Source: an uncultured Verrucomicrobiae bacterium (GTDB lineage: Bacteria; Verrucomicrobiota; Verrucomicrobiia; Chthoniobacterales; JAFAMB01). From it: 64,000 bases of DNA. Both the position numbers and the translations under genes were made by a program. Within the stretch, counting starts at the first letter, position 1. The number at the start of each line of letters is the position of its first letter. The stretch is from the NCBI GenBank assembly GCA_963736745.1, contig CAVTQD010000026.1, positions 64,830 through 128,829 on the forward strand. The letters are read 5' to 3'. Below are positions 42,353-49,589 of the stretch, piece by piece. The notes beneath the pieces are model-generated. The model was not told the origin of the DNA, searched no databases, and saw only the letters and a program-made list of their open reading frames with translations.

Positions 42353-44164
42353 TCAAAACAGCTTTCCGTTCAGCATCAGGAAATGTTCCAGAATTGGCGT
42401 AAGTGTTAACGCGGGTAGAAAGGTGAGTGCACCGACGAGCAGGATCGTTCCGATGAGCAGCGTCACGAACAACGCACCGGTTACGGGGAACGTACCCGCA
42501 CCGGTAGCGACCAGCTTCTTGCGCCCCAGTGAGCCGGCCAATGCCATCACCGGCACGATCATCCCAAACCGACCAATGATCGTTGCGAAAGCCAGGGTGA
42601 CATCATAGTGAGGATCGCCACTTGCCGGGTTCGCCGTGAGACCGGCGAATGCGCTGCCGTTGTTACCGGTACATGAACTGTAAGCGTAAAAGATCTCGCT
42701 CAGACCATGGGGACCACTGTTGTTTGTTCCTGCCTGGCCCCATGGGGTAAGCGCAGCCCAACCAGAAAAACCCAGGATCGAAAACGCCATCAGCAGGATC
42801 GCGATCGATGCGACTTTGACATCATATGCCTCAATCTTTTTCCCGAGATATTCCGGCGTCCGGCCGACCATGAGCCCGGCAATGAATACTGCCAGCACGA
42901 TAAATAGGACCATTCCGTAGAGACCGGAACCAACTCCGCCAAAGATGATTTCTCCCAGTTGGATGTTGAATAGCGGCACAAATCCGCCTAGCGGAGTAAA
43001 AGAGTCATGCATCGAATTGACCGCACCGCATGAAGCGTCGGTCGTTATCGTCGCAAATAGCGCAGAGTCAAAAATACCAAATCGAACTTCTTTGCCTTCC
43101 ATGTTGCCGCCTGCGCGATCGACTCCCAGTTGATGCACGATCGGATTTCCAGCTGCCTCAGCTCCCCAACAAACCAGCGCGCCGGCCACAAAAACAATTG
43201 CCATCGCCGCCCAGACCGTCCATCCATGTCTTTGATTATTAACCATCCTCCCAAGGTAGTAAGTCAAGGCACTCGGAATCGCAAAAATCGAGAGCATCTG
43301 GATAAAGTTAGAGAGTGGCGTTGGATTCTCAAAGGGATGAGCCGCGTTCGCGTTGGTGTATCCGCCGCCATTGGTGCCGAGCATCTTTATCGCCATCTGC
43401 GATGCGATCGGTCCCTCCACGATGCTCTGGGAGTCTACCTTTTGGTCGACCATTACCGGGTTACCTTTGGCATCCTTCACCGGATTTCCCGCATCGTCTT
43501 TCTTCGGCACCTGAACCGTTTGTACCTCCACGACCTTTGTAGAGTCGTAAGGTTTAAAGTTCTGCGGAACGCCCTGGGCTACCAGAAAAACCGCGTATAC
43601 GATACTGATAGGAAGAAGCAGATAATAGTTAATTCGCACCAGGTCCACCCAGAAATTACCTATCGTTTTGGTAGAGTGTCGCGCGATCCCTCGAACCACT
43701 GCAGCGGCGATTGCGATGCCGACGGCCGCGGAGAAAAAGTTATGCGATGCCAGTGCAAGCATTTGCGACAGATAACTCATTGTCGATTCACCGCCATAGC
43801 TTTGCCAATTCGTGTTAGTAGTGAAACTCCAAGCCGTATTGAAAGCAAGGTGATCCGTAACCCCGGCTTGACCCTGCGGATTCAGGGGCAGAAAGTTCTG
43901 GAAGCGCAGAATTAGATACGTAAATAGCATCGTTACCACCTGGAAAATCAGCATCGCGGTAGTGTAGAGAATCCAATTCTGCTCTTTTTCGGGTTTCACC
44001 CCAAAGATCCGGTAAGTTAACCGTTCAAATGGCTTGATCACCGGATCCAGGAAAGTTCTCCCGTTCGCGTCAAGTACCTGAAAAAGATAAATGCCAAGGG
44101 GCTTGGTGATTAAAATGAGCAGCACTAGATAGAGTGCCAACTGAAACCAGCCTGAGATGTTCAT
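42353..44164 (-). CDS. kdpA: Potassium-transporting ATPase subunit KdpA
   Basis: 603 aa. MNISGWFQLALYLVLLILITKPLGIYL...NTNWQSYGGE...GTNGGG... are selectivity-filter-like motifs. Confidence 0.95.
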   Translation of the reverse strand: MNISGWFQLALYLVLLILITKPLGIYLFQVLDANGRTFLDPVIKPFERLTYRIFGVKPEKEQNWILYTTAMLIFQVVTMLFTYLILRFQNFLPLNPQGQAGVTDHLAFNTAWSFTTNTNWQSYGGESTMSYLSQMLALASHNFFSAAVGIAIAAAVVRGIARHSTKTIGNFWVDLVRINYYLLLPISIVYAVFLVAQGVPQNFKPYDSTKVVEVQTVQVPKKDDAGNPVKDAKGNPVMVDQKVDSQSIVEGPIASQMAIKMLGTNGGGYTNANAAHPFENPTPLSNFIQMLSIFAIPSALTYYLGRMVNNQRHGWTVWAAMAIVFVAGALVCWGAEAAGNPIVHQLGVDRAGGNMEGKEVRFGIFDSALFATITTDASCGAVNSMHDSFTPLGGFVPLFNIQLGEIIFGGVGSGLYGMVLFIVLAVFIAGLMVGRTPEYLGKKIEAYDVKVASIAILLMAFSILGFSGWAALTPWGQAGTNNSGPHGLSEIFYAYSSCTGNNGSAFAGLTANPASGDPHYDVTLAFATIIGRFGMIVPVMALAGSLGRKKLVATGAGTFPVTGALFVTLLIGTILLVGALTFLPALTLTPILEHFLMLNGKLF

Positions 44165-44193
44165 AATATTTATTTAATTTGCAAACGGGAGAG

Positions 44194-44277
44194 TTAGAAC
44201 TTCTCGGGTCGCAGAATAGTAAAAAGGAGATAGACGATTAAACCTACGGATACGATGCCGACAATTACGTTTTCCAT
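44194..44277 (-). CDS. kdpF: KdpF small subunit (27 aa)
   Basis: Not in the ORF track. Reverse translation gives MENVIVGIVSVGLIVYLLFTILRPEKF, which has the typical KdpF hydrophobic helix plus the LRPE-F ending. It lies 30 nt upstream of kdpA. Confidence 0.7.
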   Translation of the reverse strand: MENVIVGIVSVGLIVYLLFTILRPEKF

Positions 44278-44290
44278 ACTCAGATTGTTC

Positions 44291-44374
44291 TTAGATTTTG
44301 CTGCAGGACCATGCAAATAGGATCAGGATCCCTCCTGAAACAATGCTTGCGACAATGTAGATAATGTCAGTCAT
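44291..44374 (-). CDS. Possible second 27-aa hydrophobic peptide upstream of kdpF
   Basis: ATG 44374 opens MTDIIYIVASIVSGGILILFAWSCSKI, a single TM helix of the same length as KdpF, 14 nt upstream of it. No clear Shine-Dalgarno was checked. Confidence 0.35.
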   Translation of the reverse strand: MTDIIYIVASIVSGGILILFAWSCSKI

Positions 44375-44496
44375 GTGATTTCGTTTATTGGTTTGTCTTT
44401 GGAAATGTAGGTGGTGTTTAGCGCGGTCGGTGCGGCGCCTCGCGCGGTTGTCCAGAGTAATCGCCCACTTCAAGATAGACATCTCCCTCACGACCA

Positions 44497-45180
44497 TTAG
44501 GTTTCTCCCAGATTGAGAGGCTCCGAGGTGGAACCGAAGTGTTGCATTTCAAATAGCCGGCGCATGTTCTGTTGCGCCGGCTCATAGTTCTTATTCAGTT
44601 TGATAGCTTGGCCGTAGTACTTCTTGGCTTTGTCGACGTCGTCCAGCATCTCCGCGAGCACGCCAGCCAGATTGAAGGCTTCGACTGACTTGGTGTTTAG
44701 CTCCAGGGCCTTGATCAAATGTATTCTGGCCTTCGCGAATGCTTGTAAATTCAAGCAACGTTTGGCGGCGACAATGTGGGAGTTGAAACTTTCCGCCTGG
44801 TGATCGTTTCGCGGGGCGTGACGTTTTAGAATCTCGGCCACGATTCGGCGGAGGTCTTCAGGCCGAAGAGGCTTTTGCAAAAAGTCGATCGCCCCCAGCT
44901 TCATTGCTTGCACAGCGTGCGGCACATCGCTGTAGGCCGTAACGATCATCGCCGGGACGGTCATTCCCATTTCCCGCATCTTTGCCAGCAACTCCAGACC
45001 GTCCATCGCGGGCATCCGCATATCAAGAATCGCGAGATCAAACGATCGTCCGATCAGTTCCTCCAGCGCGCTAGGAGCTGAGACCGCCTCAAATACTTCG
45101 TACCCCTCAGTTTCGAGGGTGATCCGATAGTTTAGCCGCACGTTCGTCTCATCGTCGACGATAAGGATTTTCGCACTCAC
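44497..45180 (-). CDS. Response regulator with receiver domain and TPR-like output (no DNA-binding domain)
   Basis: KILIVDDETNVRLNY...DLAILDMRMPAMDGLELL...TAYSDV...KLGAIDFLQKP. The C-terminal half is TPR-like (AFNLAGVLAEMLDDVDKAKKYYGQAIKLNKNYEPAQQN). The GTG start overlaps the kinase stop (GTGA). Confidence 0.85.
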   Translation of the reverse strand: MSAKILIVDDETNVRLNYRITLETEGYEVFEAVSAPSALEELIGRSFDLAILDMRMPAMDGLELLAKMREMGMTVPAMIVTAYSDVPHAVQAMKLGAIDFLQKPLRPEDLRRIVAEILKRHAPRNDHQAESFNSHIVAAKRCLNLQAFAKARIHLIKALELNTKSVEAFNLAGVLAEMLDDVDKAKKYYGQAIKLNKNYEPAQQNMRRLFEMQHFGSTSEPLNLGET

Positions 45181-46996
45181 GTTGTTGTTCCTTTGATGCT
45201 CTTTCTGGCCACAGGAAGATCGAAGTAAAACTCGCTCCCCTCGCCCGGTGTGCTATGAAGTCCAATGCTTCCGCCGTGCGAAACGACGATTTCCTTGGCG
45301 ATGGCAAGCCCAAGTCCGACCCCATTCGATTCTTCGGTCCCTGGAATCCGGAAAAACCTTTCAAAAACGCGTGATTGAAACTCCTTCGAAATGCCAGGTC
45401 CATGATCCAGCACCGAGAAACGAACGGTTTTACCAACCGATTTCACAGACAATACAACATCCTCACCGGGTTTAGAGAACCTTGCGGCATTCGAGACCAA
45501 ATTGGAAAATACGTGATTAATCTGGCGGGAATCGACCATCACCTCCGGGAGATCCGGCGCAATTTCCGCCACCAATTGCGTGTCGTGTGCTTCCACCAGC
45601 GAACGCAGGTCAGGGAGCGCCTCTTCGACCAGCTTACCCGGCGAGACGGCCTCCAGCAGCTGCCGCGTCTGGCCGGACTCCAGGCGTGCCAAATCCAGAA
45701 GGTCATTGATCATCCGCAGAAGACGTTCCGAGTCTTCCCGCGCCGCTACCAACAATTCGAGCTGTTTTGGATTGAGCGGACCGATTCTCTCCTCCAGCAA
45801 CAGGTGAAGTCCCATGCGAATGCTTGTCAGCGGAGTTTTCAGCTCGTGGCTGACGGTCGAAACCAGATTCGTCTTCACCTCGTCCATCAGGCGGAACCGG
45901 GTTACATCCTGCAAAACCAGGGCAGCTCCGAACATATTCCCCGCCTCGTCGCGCATTCCGATGACCCTGGGCAGCAGGAAGGTCTCATGATCGTCAATTC
46001 GAACCGGAATTGCCTTTTCAAAGCTCGTCGGAACGCTGTCCGGGGCGCCCTTCAGCACCTTTCCAACCTCTTCCTGGATTGCAAGCGGGAGCCCATACTC
46101 GCCGTTAAGCTTCTGAAGAAGCTTTCCGGCCGCTGGATTGGCAAAATTGATTTTTCCGTCAAGCGAGAGCGCCAGGATAGAGTCGGGGAACGCAGAGAAA
46201 GTGATCTCCGTCATGTGGCGCGCCTGCGAGAGCTGGTCCGTTGTGGTCTGACGGTAAACCCGCAATCTTGCAGCGAGTTTATTGAAAGCGTCGGCGAGCT
46301 GCCCGAGTTCATCGTGGGACTCCACGGGCACCACCTGGTCAAGCTTGCCTTCACCCAGTTCTTTGGAGACCGTGGTCAAGGTCTGGATCGGTTTAAGAAT
46401 GGCTCGCTGCAGTCCGTATCCTAGGGCGATTGCCAAGGCGACACCAAACACCAGGAGGACCACCATGGCTTGGGTGGAATCGGCGCTCAGCGATCTGGCA
46501 TGGTGGTCCGCCAGCACCATGTTCTCCTGGTTGATGCGAATAACTTCCTGGGCGTTGTTCTTGATCTCGGTAAACAACGGCAAAAGCTCGGTGAAATACA
46601 TCTTGCGCCTGGCATCCGGTTCGGACGTCTCCCAAAAAGTCTGCGCCAGCACCTGATAGCGACTTTCGGCTTCCCTGATTTTATTCGCTATTTCCCCTTC
46701 CACAGGGAGAGTGATGTTGTTCAGCTCCTTCTGAAGACTTTCTGAATAATCGGAACATTTTCGTTGAAAAGATCGCGCCCTCTTCGCTCTTCTCCAGCCA
46801 TGGCAAACGAAATCCCCGAGTCCATTCGTTCCGCACTTTCTTTCATCTGCTGGCCCGCGAGCACGCTCTCGTAATTCTCCTTCAGAATCACGTTGATCGA
46901 CCCGCCGAGACGATTGAACAGCAAGACCGCGTACAAACCGACACCTAGAAAAAGAATCAGAATCGGGCAGAGCCACAGAAGTATTCGCCGCTTCAT
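45177..46996 (-). CDS. Sensor histidine kinase (TM, HAMP, PAS, HisKA, HATPase_c); one frameshift as given
   Basis: The N-terminal piece 46721-46996 reads MKRRILLWLCPILILFLGVGLYAVLLF. The main ORF 45177-46976 carries HAMP (ELGQLADAFNKLAARL), H-box VSHELKTPLTSI, N/G boxes NLVSNAARFS and DHGPGI...GLGLAIAKEIV. The shift lies near 46760. Confidence 0.85.
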
Positions 46997-47325
46997 GATG
47001 CCGATCTCGCAGACTTCGGATAAATCAAACAGGTCCTTGCCGGTGAATCTGCAAACCTGAAGAGACGAGTCTCCAGACCTGGAGGACCATCCAAATTTCG
47101 TATGATACTGTCCATTCTCGTTCTCGGTTGCAATAGAGCGTCTAAAGCGTAAGCCATGCCAAAAACTGTCGAATTACAAAGTGCCCTGATTATCAGCTAC
47201 TTACGAACGAGACAGGTGGGCTGCGAACAAGATCCGACTCGCACCTCGCGAGTTTGCATCCAAAAAGGACTCGCATTTTGCGAGTCATTCCGTGGTGACA
47301 GCGACATGGAAAGAAGGCTTCGAAG

Positions 47326-49195
47326 CAGCGCGGAAATCGTTGACGATCTTGGATGCCCATCCGCAGTGAACACCGACACAGGCTGGAAGCCTATGCTACA
47401 TTGCTCTCCGGACAGGTGGGGCCAGGGAGCGAGAGCGCTCTGCAAGCATGCCCCGCGTACCCACAGTGAGCGAGCCACGGCGCAAAGTAGCATAGGCTTC
47501 CAGCCTGTATTTTGCTCGCGTTGTGCGGGGCCGTTGAACCAGCGCGGAAATCCTTGACGATCTTGGGGCCCATCCGCAGTGAACACCGACACAGGCTGGA
47601 AGCCTATGCTACATTGCTCTCCGGACAGGTGGGGCCAGGGAGCGAACGCGCTCTGCAAGCATGCCCCCCGTACCCACAGTGAGCGAGCCACGGCGCAAAG
47701 TAGCATAGGCTTTCAGCCTGTATTTTGCTCGCGTTGTGCGGGGCCTTTGAACCAGCGCGGAAATCCTTGACGATCTTGGGGCCCATCCGCAGTGAACACC
47801 GACACAGGCTGGAAGCCTATGCTACATTGCTCTCCGGACAGGTGGGGCCAGGGAGCGAACGCGCTCTGCAAGCATGCCCCCCGTACCCACAGTGAACGAG
47901 CCACGGCGCAAAGTAGCATAGGCTTTCAGCCTGTATTTTGCTCGCGTTGTGCGGGGCCGTTGAACCAGCGCGGAAATCCTTGACGATCTTGGGGCCCATC
48001 CGCAGTGAACGCCGACACAGGCTGGAAGCCTATGCTACATTGGTCTCCGGACAGGTGGGGCCAGGGAGCGAACGCGCTCTGCAAGCATGCCCCCCGTACC
48101 CACAGTGAGCGAGCCACGGCGCAAAGTAGCATAGGCTTTCAGCCTGTATTTTGCTCGCGTTGTGCGGGGCCTTTGAACCAGCGCGGAAATCGTTGACGAT
48201 CTTGGATGCCCATCCGCAGTGAACGCCGACACAGGCTGGAAGCCTATGCTACATTGCTCTCCGGACAGGTGGGGCCAGGGAGCGAACGCGCTCTGCAAGC
48301 ATGCCCCCCGTACCCACAGTGAGCGAGCCACGGCGCAAAGTAGCATAGGCTTCCAGCCTGTATTTTGCTCGCGTTGTGCGGGGCCTTTGAACCAGCGCGG
48401 AAATCCTTGACGATCTAGGGCCCATCCGCAGTGAACACCGACACAGGCTGGAAGCCTATGCTACATTGGTCTCCGGACAGGTGGGGCCAGGGAGCGAACG
48501 CGCTCTGCAAGCATGCCCCCCGTACCCACAGTGAACGAGCCACGGCGCAAAGTGGCATAGGCTTTCAGCCTGTATTTTGCTCGCGTTGTGCGGGGCCTTT
48601 GAACCAGCGCGGAAATCCTTGACGATCTTGGGGCCCATCCGCAGTGAACACCGACACAGGCTGGAAGCCTTTGCTACATTGCTCTCCGGACAGGTGGGGC
48701 CAGGGAGCGAACGCGCTCTGCAAGCATGCCCCCCGTACCCACAGTGAGCGAGCCACGGCGCAAAGTAGCATAGGCTTCCAGCCTGTATTTTGCTCGCGTT
48801 GTGCGGGGCCTTTGAACCAGCGCGGAAATCCTTGACGATCTTGGGGCCCATCCGCAGTGAACGCCGACACAGGCTGGAAGCCTTTGCTACATTGCTCTCC
48901 GGACAGGTGGGGCCAGGGAGCGAACGCGCTCTGCAAGCATGTCCGCGTACCCACAGTGAGCGAGCCACGGCGCAATGTAGCATAGGCTTCCAGCCTGTAT
49001 TTTGCTCGCGTTGTGCGGGGCCTTTGAACCAGCGCGGAAATCCTTGACGATCTTGGATGCCCATCCGCAGTGAACACCGACACAGGCTGGAAGCCTATGC
49101 TACATTGCTCTCCGGACAGGTGGGGCCAGGGAGCGAAAGCGCTCTGCAAGAATGCCCCCCGTACCCACAGTGAATGAGCCACGGCGCAAAGTAGC
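47326..49195. repeat. Tandem array: 8 full plus 1 truncated copies of a 213-bp structured unit
   Basis: Unit starts are at 47326, 47540, 47753, 47966, 48179, 48393, 48605, 48818 and 49030, with lengths of 212-214. Each unit holds the 21-bp inverted repeat CAGGCTGGAAGCCTATGCTAC / GTAGCATAGGCTTCCAGCCTG around an 87-nt insert, then TATTTTG. Units differ by a few substitutions or 1-nt indels. Confidence 0.95.
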
Positions 49196-49258
49196 TGACT
49201 TCAGAGGTCCACCACAAACCAAGTAAACGGAAAATTCGCAAAGCGACACCGAGACCGA

Positions 49259-49567
49259 TTAATTCTTGGGATCCTGGCCGGTCTTTTCGGATTTCTCCGC
49301 GGGTGCCTGATCGGCCAGGTAGCCGGCCGCGGCCTGGATGGTCGGATAGTCCCACGCAAGGGTTGGGGGCACGGTGACCTGCAACCAATTCTCCAAATCC
49401 ACAGAAAGGACAGCGGCCTCAGCCGAGTTCAGACCGTAGTATTGAAACGGCTTGGTGACGTCGATCTCGCTCGGCACGACTTCAATCAGCTCAGCAATTT
49501 GCGACACTAGCCACCCTTGGATGGCGAAGGCTCTGCGACTTCTGTCTGGTTCGGTTAACGGTGACAT
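49259..49567 (-). CDS. Stand-alone acyl/peptidyl carrier protein
   Basis: 102 aa from ATG 49567. LVSQIAELIEVVPSEIDVTKPFQYYGLNSAEAAVLSVDLENWL has the phosphopantetheine Ser in a GLNS context. It is the last gene of the NRPS-strand operon. Confidence 0.7.
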   Translation of the reverse strand: MSPLTEPDRSRRAFAIQGWLVSQIAELIEVVPSEIDVTKPFQYYGLNSAEAAVLSVDLENWLQVTVPPTLAWDYPTIQAAAGYLADQAPAEKSEKTGQDPKN

Positions 49568-49589
49568 TTCAGGCAACTTGGCGAGGAAT

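Noticed and set aside
47554-47582. Sigma-70 promoter in every repeat unit, based on the TTGACG hexamer
   Set aside because: The -35 match is good, but the hexamer at 17 +/- 1 nt (CAGTGA/AGTGAA) is a poor -10. This is kept only as a hypothesis inside the array finding.
47366-49182. Repeated 63-aa plus-strand ORFs (MNTDTGWKPMLHCSPDRWGQG...) and 170-205-aa minus-strand ORFs inside the tandem array. The 213-bp period is a multiple of 3.
   Set aside because: These ORFs are just the repeat read in different frames. The 1-nt length differences between units (212/213/214) break every frame within a few units. The sequences are Cys/Arg/Gly/Pro-rich with no domain or start-site signals. Open frames of 200 nt are expected at this GC content.
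47326-49195. CRISPR array
   Set aside because: The whole 213-bp unit is repeated. There are no unique spacers between short repeats, and no cas genes are in the window.
47326-49195. Tandem self-cleaving ribozyme or viroid-like satellite (hammerhead-type)
   Set aside because: I looked for the hammerhead core (CUGANGA ... GAAA flanking helices) on both strands and did not find it. Other ribozyme classes cannot be excluded by eye, so this remains only a search suggestion.
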